Positions 43,690-60,300 of a stretch of DNA of 64,000 nt are shown in pieces. The notes below the pieces were generated by a model. It saw only the letters and a program-made list of their open reading frames with translations. It made no database searches and was not told the DNA's origin. How positions within the stretch are numbered: position 1 is the first letter of the stretch; each line of letters starts with the position of its first letter. The position numbers and the translations under genes were made by a program. The stretch lies in the NCBI RefSeq assembly GCF_009914755.1, contig NC_060936.1. One strand, 5' to 3'. The DNA comes from the human T2T-CHM13v2.0 reference genome, Homo sapiens.

Positions 43690-45780
43690 GACTATAAGAA
43701 GAAGCAAAGACCTAGAATAGCCACCATAATACTGAAGAAGAAAAAAGTTGAAAGGTTGGAATGATCAAAATCCAGAACACTGACAACACCAAACACTGGT
43801 GAGGATGTGGAGCAACAAGAACTTTCCTTCATTGCTGGTGGAAATGCAAAATGGTACAGCCACTTTGGAAGACAGTTTGGTGATTTCATTTACAAAACTA
43901 AACGTACCGTTACCATATGATCTAGCAATCACACTCCTTGGTATTTATGCAAAGGAATTAAAAACTTATGCCCACACAAAAATCTGCACATGAATGTTTG
44001 TTTATATATCCTTGTCAAAACTTGGAAGCAGCCAAGATGTTCTTTAGTAGGTGAATGGATGAATAAACTGCAGTACATTCATACAATGGAATACTATTCA
44101 GTGCTAAGAAGAAATGCACTATCAAGCCATGAAAAAACATGGAGTAAATCTAAATGCCTATTGCTAAGTAAAACAGGCCAATCTGAAAAGGCTGTATGAT
44201 TCCAACTCTATGACATTCTGGAAAGGTTATAACAATAAAGACTATAAAAAGATCAGTGGTTGCCAGGGGTTAGGGAAAAGGAAGAATGAACAGTTAAAGC
44301 CAAAAGGATTTTTAAGGCAATGAAAATACTCTGCACGATACTATAATGGTGGCTATATGTCATTATAAGTTTGTTCAAATCCATAGAATGTACAACATGA
44401 AGAGCATATCCTAATGTAAACTGTGGATTCTGGGGGATAATGATGTTTTAATGTAGGTTCATCAAATGTAACAAATATACCACTCTGTTAGGAGATATGG
44501 ACAATGAAGGAGGCTATGCATGTGTGAAGACAGGGAATCTATGGAAAATCTCTGTACTTTCATCTCAATTTTGCTAGGGACCTAAAACTGCTTTAAAAAA
44601 TAAAGTCTTTATTACAAAAATATTTTTAAATAGGCAAAAAGATCTAAGGAGACACCTCAACCAGAGAAGATATACAGATGGCAAATAAACATGAAAAAGT
44701 GTTCCACGTTGTATGTTATTACGGACTGAAAATTAAAACAACAATAAGATATCACTATATGCCTATTAGAATGACTAAAATGAAAAAAAATCTGACAATA
44801 CTAATTACTGGCAAGGATGCAGATAAACAGGAACTGTCATGTATTGCTGGTGGGAATGCAAAATGATAGGATCACTTTGGAAGACAGTTTGGTAGTTTCT
44901 TACAAAGCTTAACCTAGTTTTACTATGTAATTCATCACGTGCACTCCTAGCTATCCACTCAAGTGATTTAAAAACTTATGTTTCTGCAAAAACCTACATG
45001 CACAAGTTTATAGCAGCTTTATTTATAATCATCGAAAACCAGAAGCAATCAAGATGTCCTTCAACAGGCAAATGAATTTTAAAAAACTGTTGTGTACACA
45101 TACAGTAGAATATTATTCACTGAGAAAAAGAAAGAAGCTATTGATCTATGAAGGAACATGGATGAATCTTAAATGCATGTTGTAAGTGAAAAGAAGCCAG
45201 TATAGAAAGGGTACATATGCTATGATTCTAATTATATGATGTTCCACCATGATTGCTAGATCATATGGTAACAGTAAGTTTAGTTTTATAAAAAAATCAC
45301 CAAACTGTCTTCCAAAGTGGCTGTACCATGTTGCATTTCCACCAACAATGAAGGAGAGTTCTTGTTGCTCCACATCCTCACCAGCGTTTTGTGTTGTCAG
45401 TGTTCTGGATTTTGGTCATTCCAATCTTTCGACTTTTATTCTTGCTCAGTATTATATTGACTATTCTAGGTCTTTGGTTCTCCTTATAAATTAATAATCA
45501 ACTTGTAAATATTTGCAAAATGTTTGCAAAACTCTATAAAGAAGATTAAAAATAGAAGGTTAGTGGTTTCCTGGAGGGAGGGAGAGAGGAGGGTTGAATA
45601 GGTGAAGCACTAGGGATTTTTTAGGGTGGTGAAAATATCCTGTACAATATTGTAATTGTGGCCAAATGACACTTTGCCAAAACGCATTGAACTTTGCAGT
45701 TCAAAGAGTGAAAATCCATATAAATTTTAAAAATCATTTAAGAGTTTGGGAGAATGTCAGGATGAAATGCAAAATGTGAC
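43690..45780 (+). mobile_element. Mosaic of old L1M 3' fragments containing an inverted duplication
   Basis: L1M phrases throughout; 43693-43931 is reverse-complementary to about 45250-45488. Confidence 0.75.
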
Positions 45781-45790
45781 AATATAATTT

Positions 45791-47615
<1,825 letters not shown>

Positions 47616-47619
47616 TAAC

Positions 47620-48950
47620 TTAATTGTATCACAGTTAGTATAAAAAACTCTCACTGAAGACGGTAGGGACAAAAGTGCTGGCCTACATAACTTTGAAAAT
47701 AAGTGGAGTCTGTAAAACTAAAGGTCAAAGAAACTACACATAAGTACTGCAGTATAGTTAATAAAGTTGTTTCTCATAAAGTTATTGGTTAACGATTCTG
47801 ATGTTTTTACACATGTATACCAAAATTAAACAATTAATAAATGGATGGCAGATCATGGCAGGCAGTTTCTCACTGTTGGAGCAGGAGTTTGCAGATAAGC
47901 AAGGGGGAGATGGAATGATCCATGTACTAATGGATCAGAGTCGGAGATGTCAGTATGAACTTAAGTTTAGCTTAATATGGATATATATAAACACCAATTA
48001 TTTCTACATAAAGAAATATTTCTGTATAAGTACATAAACACAGGTTACTAAGGGACTAGAAGCAAAGACACACAAGAGCAATGAGCATACCCAGATCTTG
48101 GTTTCTGATGCCACTATCTGAAAAAAGAAACTAGGACTCCTTAGAGAAATGGCTGATTCTACGACTGGGGCAGGAAATATACAAGATGAACCTGAAATCC
48201 CTTGTAGAACCAGAAAGTGAGGAAGGGCTCATTAAAAAGTGGGGGGAGTGGGGAGAGACAAGAGATGAACCTCTCATGCAGAATAGTTCTAAAGAATTTG
48301 TATGAATACTCAAGGAAGTGGAACATAACTCTCCACTCCTTACACTTGGAAAGAGGGAGGGAAAGAATAACTTTACAATGAAAAAGACTTTCAAACACTG
48401 TCTCCTCTGGGTGACGAAGGACAACATAGAAAGGGACAAGTTATGTTGATAGTATATACTCCTGATGTGACATGATGAAAATGGCACATTAACTTTGCCT
48501 CTGAGGTCTTTCTAATCAAAAATCCCATAACTCCAGTCTAATCAAGAGAAAATTATCAGACACATCTTCACAAAGAGACATGCTGCAAAATACCTGACCA
48601 GTATTCTTTAAATCATCAAGGTCATCAAAAGCAAGGAAAGTCTGAGAAACTGTCACAGCCAAGAGGAACCTAAGGAGACCCAACATCTAAATAAAATAAA
48701 TAAATCCCCGTCCAGGATGGGGTCCTGGGACAGAAAAATACATGAGGCACGACTAAAGGAACCTGAATAAGATATGAACTTTAATTAATAATAATGTGAC
48801 AATTGGTTCATTAATTGTAACAAATATACCATGGTATTGTAGGATAGGAGAAACTGAGTGCAAGACACATGGGAACTCCATGTGCTAGCTCCACAATTTT
48901 TCTATAAATTTAAAATTGTTCTAAAAATAAAGCTTGTTTAAGAAAATAAA
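47620..48950 (+). mobile_element. Old L1M 3'UTR remnant
   Basis: L1MC/MB-type 3'UTR phrases ('gtctgagaaactgtcacagccaagagg', 'aattgtaacaaatatacc'). Confidence 0.65.
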
Positions 48951-50579
48951 AACAGGGGGATGGCAGCTAGATGCTAGGCTACAGACTATCAATGCATAAG
49001 ATTTTAATCCCTAAATCATTAGTCCCTGCATCGTTAGGACTTAACCTGCATCAGTTTCCAGGGCGAAGGAAACTCGATGAAAGGAAACTTCTTACATTCA
49101 TATGCCTTGTCACACTGTGAGTCACACTCACCAAATGGTCTCTCCAATTTACTGATTATATTAATACTCCTAAATTACTCATCTATACCTTCACCCACTT
49201 AAAATAATTGGGTTTTTTATTAAATACAGTATGTATGTTATTTTCTTGGGCTGAAACAACTCAATTAAATTACCACTAACTCAAAAGGAAATCAGAAATA
49301 TAAAAAGTTTCATTCTCGGAATACTGTCTCTGGGAGAAAAAGGCGGGTTTTCGGTTTTTGCTTTATTTTAGTTTGTTTTTTGGTACTCTTCAATGTAACT
49401 ATAAGAATGGAAGTCATGGGAGAATAAAGGGAAAACAAGAAGGCCTGGTTACTGTTGTGGAAGAAAGACTTTCTTAGGAGAAAGGTTGAGGAATTTACTA
49501 GAGAGCAATGTCAGGAAAAATGAGAATCTGGAGGCCGGGCTAGGCACACATCAAAGGAATCTGCATCTAATTACTCAGAAAGAAGAAACTGAAAAAGAGA
49601 GGTTTTTGTTTCTAGATTGGAAAGGGTGACTACTAACATCCAAAAAAGTAAACAAATAACAGAAAACTAACAGAAGAGACCCCTCCCCAGGAACTAGTTA
49701 TATAAAGTGGGCACATATTTGAGAAGAGAAAACCAGGAAAATTAGCCGAAATAGTATTACGTGATTTTCAGATTCACATATATGTTGTAGGTAAAGATGC
49801 AGGTATTTCCAGTGTGAGAGAGAAACATAATCAAGATATTTGAAGAGTCAGCTCTCATAGAAAAGAAACAATGAAAATGAGATCTACTAAGGCTAGCAAG
49901 GGGCAGGAGTAATATATGAGGTCAAGGTTTAGGTCAGATGCTGTTCTGATAGAATAATTCCTAAGTGGCATTACCCACAGTGGGGAAAAGTTGGACAAAA
50001 TATGTTTGAATAAAGCCTCTTTTATTAGAACTAGAATTTATCAACTTCCTATCTCTCACTGTGGAGAACTCCATAAACATATTTAAAGAAAGTATTTAAA
50101 AAAAACCACCTGAGAACGTGAAAGCAAATGGAATATTAAAGGAATTTGAAGGCATTATATTCCAACAAATAGTTACCCATAAGATGGTAGAAAAGGAAAT
50201 AGATCACATTTAGAAATAGTTTGAGTTTATATATCACCTGACCATGCCTAAAATGAGTAGGCGAGTACAGCATGGAGACCATAATTTAAAATATTGTATT
50301 GAATACTTGAAATTGCCAAAAGGACAGATCTTGAGTGTTCTCACCACACATATACAAAAAAAAGGTCACTATGTGAAGCGATGGCTATGTTAACTAGCTA
50401 GATTATGGTGAGCATTTCACAATGTATACATAAATCAAAATAGGAAGTTGCACACCCTAAATATATACAATTTCTATTTATCACTTATACCCTAATAAAG
50501 CTGAAAATATTAAAATATTTTAAAAAATACATATAAAGTTGATTTTATTTAAGTACAAAAATAAAATGAAATGAGTGGG

Positions 50580-51072
50580 CATTCGTGAGGGGGCTTTAAA
50601 CTGTAGAGGAATATCTCACCAGCAGGAGACAGGTTGGGGAGATGTCTTCAACCTAAATTTTACTCTCAAACTGGAACATTCAAAAGCAGAGGAAGACAGA
50701 GTTTTGAGGAGCCAATGGCAGAGATGTTGGCCTTGCTAGGCCCTTTGGGGTTATAGGATTCAGAAGCAGCAACAGAGTATACATTGGTTTTAGAGTGAGG
50801 GGGTTTATCACAAGCTTGAAATGTTTCTGTGTGGGGGAGAAGTTTATGTTGGGGTCAGACTGTCTCTGGGTGGAGGGGAGATTATCTCGGGTCTGGCATG
50901 CCTCTGGTAGGGGAGAGGTTTGGAATTTTTTTGGTCAGAGATATTATTTGTGGTTTATGGTCATGCTGACCTTAGCCAGAAGGCTGATGACCTTTGGATT
51001 TAGGCAGTTTTTGATCAAGGTGAACTTAAAATGACAGTGCTTGTCCAAGATGGCAATACTCCTGCTCTGTCA
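50580..51072 (-). mobile_element. ERV LTR-like fragment
   Basis: 'gtccaagatggcaatactcctgctctgtca' terminus; family not resolved. Confidence 0.5.
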
Positions 51073-51457
51073 CCAGCGATAACAGGTTTTTTAAAAATAT
51101 TGCATTACAAACACATTTAAAGGAAATTTTACTATTAGGAAATATATTCACTTACAGGCAAACAGGATTTCTCTTCTTGCCTGAGAATACATGCTCCAGC
51201 TATCAATACCATTTAGTGTGGACACCCCTCATCAACACTAAGTTTTACCAAGCACATGAGGAAACATGCATCACTTACAGGACTTACTCAAAAACAAATC
51301 CACCTCCAGCCCCAGAAAGCAGACATAAAAAGAGACACAATTTTTTTCTTATTAAAATTATATTCTCAGGGATACTAAATTTAGAAAAACAAGCTATCAC
51401 TGTAGAAGGAAAATAATTTTAATAAATTGAGAACATTGTTTTAAAGCACATGGTCTA

Positions 51458-54400
51458 TGATTCACATTACATGACTCTGTGCAAACAACCCCAGGTACCA
51501 GCCCGGAGCCTGGTAGACCTGCTGGGTGGTTAGATCCAGAAGAACAATAACAATCACTACAGCTCAGCTCTCAGGAAGCCACATCCCTAGGAAAAGGGGA
51601 AAGTGCTATGTCAAGGGAACACCCCATGGGCAAAAGAATCTGAACAACAGCCTTGAGCCCTAGACTTTCCCTTTGACATAGTCTACCCAAATGAGAAGGA
51701 ACTAGAAAAACAATTCTGGTAATATGACAAAACAAAGTTCTTTAACACCCCCAAATAATCACACTAGTTCACCAGCAATGGATCCAAACAAAAAAGAAAT
51801 CCGTGATTTACCTGAAAAAGAATTCAAAAGGTCAGCTATTAACCTAATCAAGAAGGCATCATAGAAAGGTGAAGTTCAATTTAAGGAAATCAAAAAATGA
51901 TACAAGAAATGAGAAGAGACATCTTCAGTGAAATATATAGCATAAATAAAAAAACAATCAAAACTTCAAGAAATAGTGGATGCACTTTGAGAAATGCAAA
52001 ATACTCTGGAAAGTCTCAGCAATAGAATTGAACAGGCAGAAGAAAAAACCTCAACCTCAAAGATAAAGTTTTTAAATTAACCCAATCCAACAAAGACAAA
52101 GAAAAAATGAACAAAGACTCCAAAAAGATTTGGATTACATTAAATGACCAAACCTAAGAGTAACTGGTGTTCCTGAGGAGGAAGAGAAATCTAAAAGTTT
52201 GGAAAACGTATTTGGGGGAATAAATGAGGAAAACTCCACTGGCCTTGCTAGAGACCTAGATATCCAAATACAAGAAGCTCAAAGAATACTTGGGAAATTC
52301 ATCATAAAAAGATCATTGCCTAGGCACATTGTCATCAGGTTATCTAAAGTTAACACAAAGGAAAGAATCTTAAGAGCCACAAGGGAAAAGCATCAGGTAA
52401 CCTATAAAGGAAAACCTCAAGGGAAAAGCATCAGGTAACCTGTAAAGGAAAACCTATCAGATTAACAGCAGGTTTCTCAGCAGAAACCCTACATACTAGA
52501 AGGGCTTAGGGCCCTATCTTCAACCTCCTTAAACAAAACAATTATCAGCAAATAATTTTGTACCCAGCAAAACTAACCTTCATAAATGAAGGAAAGATAC
52601 AAAGGGAAATCTATCAGATTAACAGCAGATTTCTCAGCAGAAACCCTGCAAGCTAGAAGGGATTAGGTCTCTATCTTCAGCCCCCTAAAACAAAACAATA
52701 TCAGCCAAGAATTTTGTAGCCAGCCAAACTAACCTTCATAAATGAAGGAAAGATACAGTCTTTTTCAGACAAACAAATGCCGAGTGAGTCACCACTACAA
52801 AGCCAGCACTACAAGAACTGATAAAAGAAGCTCTAAATCTTGAAATGAATCCTGAACACATCAAAACAGAACCTCTTTAAAGCATAAATTTCACAGGACC
52901 TATAAAACAAAAATACAACTAAAAAAAATTAGCATGATAAATTAAACAGTTCCTCACATCTCAAAACTAATATTGAATGTAAATGGTCTAAATGTTCCAC
53001 TTAAAAGATGCAGAATGGATAGGAATTCACCAATCAATTATCTGCTGCCTTCAAGAGACACATCTAACACATAAGGACTCACATAAACTTAAGGTAAAGA
53101 GGTGGAAGAAGACATTCCATGCAAATGGATGCCAAAAGCAAGCAGTAGTAGCTATTCTTTTATCAGACAAAACAAACTTTAAAGCAACAGCAGTTTAAAA
53201 AGACAAAGAGGGATAAAAGGCCTTGCCCAACAGGAAAATATGGCAATCCTGAATATGTATGCACCTAACTCTGGAGCTCCCAAATTTATAAAACAAGTAC
53301 TATTAGACCTAAGAAATGGGATAGACAGCAACACAATAATAGTGGGGGACTTCAATACTGCCCTGAGGGCACTAGACAAGTCATCAAAACAGAAAGTCTC
53401 AATGGATTTAAAAGAAAGTCACAGAAAGAAACAATGGATTTAAACTATACCCTGGAATAAATAGACTTAACAGATATTTACAGAACATTCTACCCAACAA
53501 CCTCAGAGTATACGTTCTATTCAACAGTGCATGGAACTTTCTCCAAGATAAACCATATGATAGGCCACAAAACAAGTCTCAATAAATTTAAGAAAATTGA
53601 AATTATATCAAATACTCTGTCAGACCAGAGTGGAATAAAACTGGAAATCAACTCCAAAGGGAACCTTCAAAACCACGCAATTATGTGGAAATTAAATAAC
53701 CTGCTCCAGAATGATCATTGGGTCAACAATGAAATCAAGATGTAAGTTAAAAATTCTTCAAAATGAATGACAGTAGTGACACAACCTATCGAAACCTCTG
53801 GGATACAGCAAAGGTGTTGCTAAGAGGAAAGTTCATAGCCCTGAATGCCTACATCAAAAAGTCTGGAAAACTTTCTAAGTCTTTCTAAACAATCTAAGGT
53901 CACACCACAAGGAACTAGAGAAACAAGAACAAACCAAATCCAAACCCAGCAGAAGAAAGGAAATAACCAAGATCAGAGCAGAACTATATCAAATTGAAAC
54001 CAAAAAAAAAAAGATAAAAGAAACAAAAAGCTGGTTCTTTGAAAAGATAAATAAAATTGATAGACCATTCACAAGATTAACCAAGACAAGAAGAGAGAAA
54101 ATCCAAATAACCTCACTAAGAAACAAAACAAGAGATATTACAACTGACACCACAGAAATACAAAAGATCATTTAGGGCTACTATAACACCTTTATGCACA
54201 TAAACTAGGAAACTTAGAGGAGATGAATAAATTCCTGGAAACATACAACCCTCCTAGCTTAAATCAGGAAGAATTAGATACCCTGAACAGACCAATAACA
54301 AGAAGCAAGATTGAAATGGTAGTTTCAAAATTACCGACAACAAAAAAAGTCCAGGACCAGACAGATTCACAGCAGAATTCTACCAGACATTCAAAGAAGA

Positions 54401-57063
54401 ATTGGTACCAATTCTATTGATATTATTCTACAAGATAAAGAAAGAGGTAATTTTCCCTAAATTATTCTCTGAAGCCAGTATCATCCTAATACTAGGAAAG
54501 GACATAACCAAAAATGAAAACATAGATGCTAAAATCCTTAACAAAATACTAGCTAACTAAATCCAACAACATATCAAAAAGATAACCCACCATGATCAAG
54601 TGGTTTCATACCAGGGATGCAGGGATGGTTTAACTTACACAAGTCAATATGTAATACACCACACAAACAGAATTAAAAACAAAATCGAAAGATCATCTTG
54701 ATAGATACAGAAAAGGCATTTGACAAAATCATTTTATGAATAAAACTCAGAAAAATCAGCATACAAGGATCGTACCTCAATGTAGTAAAAGCCATCTATG
54801 ACAAACCCACAACCAAGTTAATACTGAATGAGGAAAAATTGAAAGCATTCTCTCTGAGAACTGGAACAAGACAAGGATACCCACTTTCACCACTTTTATT
54901 CAATATAGTACTGGAAGTTTTAGCCAGAGCAATTAGACAAGAGAAAGAAATAAAGGGCATCCAGATTGGTAAAGAACAACACAAACTGTCACTGTTTGCT
55001 GATGATATGATTGTATACCTAGAAAACCCTAAAGACTCCTCCAAAAAGCTCCTAGATCTCATAAATGAATTCAGCAAAGTTTCAGGATACAAAATTAATG
55101 TGTGCAAACCAGTAGCCTTCCTATACCCCAACAGCGACCAAACTGAGAATCAAATCAAGAACTCAACTCCTTTTACAATAGCTGCAGATGTATATAGGAA
55201 TATACCTAATCAAGGAGATAAAAGACCTCTACAAGGAAAACTACAAAACACCGCTGAAAGAAATCATAGATGACAGAAACAAACAGAAACATATCCTATG
55301 CTCATGGATGGGTAGAGTCAATATTGTGAAAATGATCATACTACCAAAAGCAATCTACAAATTCAATGCAATTCCCATCATAATACCACCATCATTCTTC
55401 ACAGAACTAGAAAAAAATCCTAAATTTCATATGGAACCAAAAAAAGCCTGCATAGCCAAAACAAGACTAAACAAAAAGAACAAATCTGGAGGCATCACAC
55501 TATCTGATTTCAAATTATACTATAAGGCCATAGTCACCAAAACAGCATGGTACTGGTATAAAAATAGACACATAGACCAATGGAACAGAATGGAGAACTC
55601 AGAAATAAACCAAAATACTTACAGCCAAATGATCTTCAACAAAGCAAGCAAAAACATAAAGTGGGGAAAGGACACCGTATTCAACAAATTGTGCTGGGAT
55701 AATTGGCAAGCCACATGTGGAATAATGAAACTGGATCCTCATCTCTCACCTTATAAAAATATCAACACAAGATGGATAAGGACTTAAATCTAAGACCTGA
55801 AATTATAAAAATTCTAGAAGATAACCTTGGAAAAACCCTTCTAAACATTGGCTTAGGCAAGAATTTCGTGGCCAAGAACCTAAAAGAAAATGCAATAAAA
55901 ACAAAGATAAATAGCTGGGACTTAATTAAACTAAAGAGTTTTGCATGAAAAAGGAACAGTCAACAGAATAAACAGACAACCCATAGACCATGAGAAAATC
56001 TTCACAATCTATACATCTGACAAAGGACTAATATCCAGAATCTAAAATGAACTCAAACAAACTAGCAAGAAAAAAATAAACAATCCCATAAAAAGTGGGC
56101 AAAGGACATGAATAGACAATTCCCAATAGAAGATATACAAATGGCCAACAAACATATGAAAAAATGCTCAATATCACTAATGATCAGGGAAATGCAAATC
56201 AAAATCACAACACAATACCATCTTACTCCCGCAGGAATGGCCATAATCAAAAAATCAAAAACAATAGATGTTTGTGTGGATCCAGTGAAAACGGAACACT
56301 TCTATACTGCTGGTGGGAATGTAAACTAGTACAACCACTATGGAAAACAATGTGGAGATTCCTTAAAGAACTAAAAGTAAACTACCATTTGATCCAGCAA
56401 TCCCACTATTGTGTATCTACCCAGAGGAAAAGAAATCGTTATACAAAAAAGATACTTGCACACGTATGTTTATAACACCACAGTTTGCAGTTACAAAAAT
56501 GTGGAACCAACACAAATGCCCATCAACCAACAAGTGGATAAAGAAACTGTGATATATATATGTGTGTGTATATATATATCACATATACATATATATACGT
56601 GTGTATATATATATCACACATAGATATACGTGTGTGTATATATATCACATATATATGTTTATATATACGTGTGTGTGTGTATATGATGGAATACTACTCA
56701 GCCATAAAAAGGAATGAATTAATGACATCCGCAGCAACCTGAGTAGGATTGGAGACTATTATTCTAAGTGAAGTAACTCAGGAATGGAAAACCAAACATT
56801 GGATGTTCTCACTCATAACTGGGACCTAAGCTATGAGGATACAAAGGCATAAAAATGACACAATGGACTTTGGGGACTCAGGAGGAAAGGGTAGGAAGGG
56901 GGTGAGGGATAAAAGACTACAAATTGGGTTCATCGTATACTGCTCAGGTGATGGATGTATTCAAAATCTCACAAATCAGCACTGAAGAACTTACTCATGT
57001 AACCAAACACCACCTGTCCCCCCAAAACATATGGAAATAAAAAATATAAAATATAAATAAAAT
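51458..57063 (+). mobile_element. Near-full-length old primate L1 (L1PA13-16/L1PB-like), ORF1 and ORF2 disrupted
   Basis: ORF1 start 'atgagaaggaac' about 51690, EN motifs (CCLQETHL, IIVGDFNT), RT motif LFADDMI, A tail about 57040-57063; TSD A(A/G)AG(C/T)ACATGGTCTA at 51443-51457 and 57064-57078. Confidence 0.92.
56550..56683. repeat. (TA/CA/TG)n compound microsatellite inside the L1
   Basis: Directly visible. Confidence 0.93.
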
Positions 57064-57218
57064 AGAGTACATGGTCTAAATGGCAGAATGAACTAGTAAA
57101 AATTGAATTAGAGGTATAGATAATGTTAAAATATTTTCTCAGAATACAACACAAAAGAACAAAGAGAAAAGTGTAAAAGAAAATTTTAGAGAGACAGAGA
57201 ATAAATTCAAAATTTTTG

Positions 57219-57342
57219 ATAAGTATCTAATATGTTAGATACTTATTCTAACATATGGGATACAAAATAAGAAATTTATGGGACCTAATATGGGATACAA
57301 AAGAAGATATATGACTTAATATGGGATACAAAATAAGAAAAT
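57219..57342. repeat. 12-bp perfect hairpin followed by three diverged copies of a unit containing 'atatgggatacaaaa'
   Basis: ATAAGTATCTAA-TATG-TTAGATACTTAT at 57219-57246; repeat cores near 57253, 57288 and 57319. Confidence 0.85.
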
Positions 57343-60300
57343 ATAAAGATTGTAAGCAATAAATCATCAATAAAATAATAGAAGAAAAATTTTCAAACGT
57401 GAAAGTGACTTAAGAGAGAAAATAATGTTAAAAACACTGCTAAAAGATTGTGGAGAGATTTCTGAATAGAAATATAAAGAGAAAATTTTCAAAGTCTTTA
57501 AAATGTAAAATAGGAAGAAAAAAATAAAAATTGCCAACGAAAACATGAACATCATACTGACCTTGACTTCTTTTTTTTCAAATTCCTAAAGGATAACTTC
57601 TAAAATAAGATTTCTACCATTTAATTGTGAAGTCAAATAAAGACACTTTACACTGGCAATGATTCTTGAAAGAATTTCTCCACTACAGCAAACACAAAAG
57701 GACCAAGAAAATAGTAGTAAGGAAGGAAGGCAATATAGATAATAATTGTCAACAATTACTAATAAAATAGCTCTAAAACTTAAAGAAATCAGAAATACTT
57801 CCTAAGACTGTGAAAATAATTTTTTTAACCTAGAAATAAACTTCTAGCTTAATCAAACATGAGTGGGAAGTGACATGGTGGAGAAAAAGAGAAGAGACAG
57901 CAGGCAAAGAGGATTTGTAGTATATCTATATGGAAACTTGATAGATACTGACTAGTTATCAATATTAATAGAAAAATATAAAATCCTAGACAAGTGGTTC
58001 ATAAAAATTAACGTTGTTTCTATCTCTTGCCATAAGCAAATAAATTCAGTAGTTAAACATAAATGAATTAAATATTCATTTCAACCAAAATTGAATAATA
58101 ACAACAGAAGAAACCTAAGGGAAATGAAGCAGGAAATCTATTACCCAGGAATAGAAAAGTTTATTCAGTTATATAATTAATAAGTATTTAAAATACATTT
58201 GGTTAAATTGTGTGCAAAGACATAATAATGCAGTTACGTATGCTCAGATATATATCATGTGTTATGTTAGGAAAAACAAAATGTCCTCAACAAGACTGCC
58301 TCCTGCTGAAGTTCTTAAATACTGTACATTGCCTCTTGGTAGGCACAAAAAAAGATGTTAGTTCAAAATTCTGCACCTATTCTTGATATAAACCCCTAAA
58401 AAATCAATTAATTAATGGTAATTCTTTAACATGACAAAGGAGATAAGTCAACAAATTTCTAGTGTTTCAAATGAAAAATCTAAAAGCCTGGATTGTCACA
58501 AATGAGTAAAGGTTTAAAGCTAGATTGCTTGGGAGCCTTAACAAGCTAATATTGTGCCCCGCTACAAATTGTTGTCTACTTTCCCTTGACCTTCATCCTT
58601 GGCAGGAAGCTCATGTAATTCCTCTTCTAGTGCTCTTTATAGTTCCTGTAGTGATAGAGTTTCTGATATTTATTCTGTTATGGTACATTGACAACTTCTA
58701 TTCCTTCCCATTATTTTAACATGTTGGGAAAAGTGCCTGAGTTAAATGATACTTTTACAATGGACGTAAAAACATCAGTATTAAAAAAGAAACCTGCACA
58801 TTGAGGTTGCTGACTTCAGGTAGAAAAAGAAAATTCGGATTTCATCTAGCTCTTTGTCTAACTTGAAATGTTATAAAATGATGAGAATCTGCCTAGGCGA
58901 ATCTCTACAATGGCACAGAGCCTGTTCATGAGCATCTCTGGAAAAGATTGACAACCCTCATGTTCCTCAAGGGACTGAGGAACATTTCTTCAGAGTCTGA
59001 TTATGTTCAGTTCCAATGGTCTAGTCACTGTACTTTGGTTAGTTAATGCTAAGGTTGATTTTATTTCCAACATTAATCAATAATGTTGATTTTATTTTCT
59101 AACGTACTGGCTCACACTTCTACTGTAACTCATATTGAACTAGCAATGAACTGAAACAGATTTTGCTTAAACTATTACTAGTGTAATTTTTAAATCTAAT
59201 ACAAAATTTCAAACATGGTTGATTATAGTTTTGAACTGAGAGGTTTCAAATCCTGATTTTGATATCTACCAAATTTAATAGAACTTTCAGCTTTATGTCC
59301 TCAAATTGATAAATTCATTCTCTATTTTCAAAATCAGTTATGTGTCTAATTTAATTTTGGCAAGTCTTAATGAAATTATCATAAACCTTAGTGATTATTT
59401 TTTTTGCTAAGGTACCAAATCATTTATTTAATAAATAACTCTAAAATATTATATGAATCACAGCAACTTATTTATTTAAACATTTATGCTTTATGCTTTC
59501 ACTTATCACCTAGTATATATCAAGAATTGTACATGCTGCTAACAGACAAAATTGATGTGTCTTCTGTGTTCAATGACTCAGTCTATTGGTGGAAAAAATG
59601 ACCCACATTCACAGTGTGATGTATTCTATAGTAGATACTTGTATGTAGTGTCATTAAATAGTTATCAAAAATTTATCTATGTTAATTTTAGGCTTTTTAT
59701 AAATCTGAAGTGTCAACTGTGTGTATTTCTTCCTCTTACAAAAGATTTCATATTACAGAAAATGTAACATATTTGTATTTGATCTCCTGAATTTGATAAT
59801 TATGTTAGACTTATATAACAGAATATTCTTGTTCTTAGGAAATACTGAGATGTTAAAAGCTAAAGACATGATATATGCAGCTCACACTCAAATTGATTAG
59901 AAAGATAGTGTATGTATGAGAGAGATAGGAAAAGAGAGAAAGAGAAATTTAAAAAGCAAATGTGCCAAATTATTAAAAATTTGAGTGAAGTATAAAAATT
60001 GAGAGTTCTTTGACTATTATTGCAACTTTTCTGCAAGTTTAAAATTATTTCAAGATTTAAAATTTAAAATTCCTAATGCCTGAGCAACACCCCATTCCAA
60101 TTATATCAGAACCTCTGGGGATAAATCCAGGCATAAGAATTTTTTTATACTTCCAAGGTAATTCTAACGTGAGGTTCAGTTTAAAAAGCACAATACTAAA
60201 AATACCCAGAAGCATCAAGAATAGTTAACTCTCCCCTGTGATATCACAGCTCTATGTTACTATTTTACCTCCAAATACTATTGTCCTGTGACAGAAAAAG

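Noticed and set aside
57250-57342. Repeat-spacer-like pattern resembling a CRISPR array
   Set aside because: Eukaryotic DNA, only three short AT-rich units with related spacers, no cas genes
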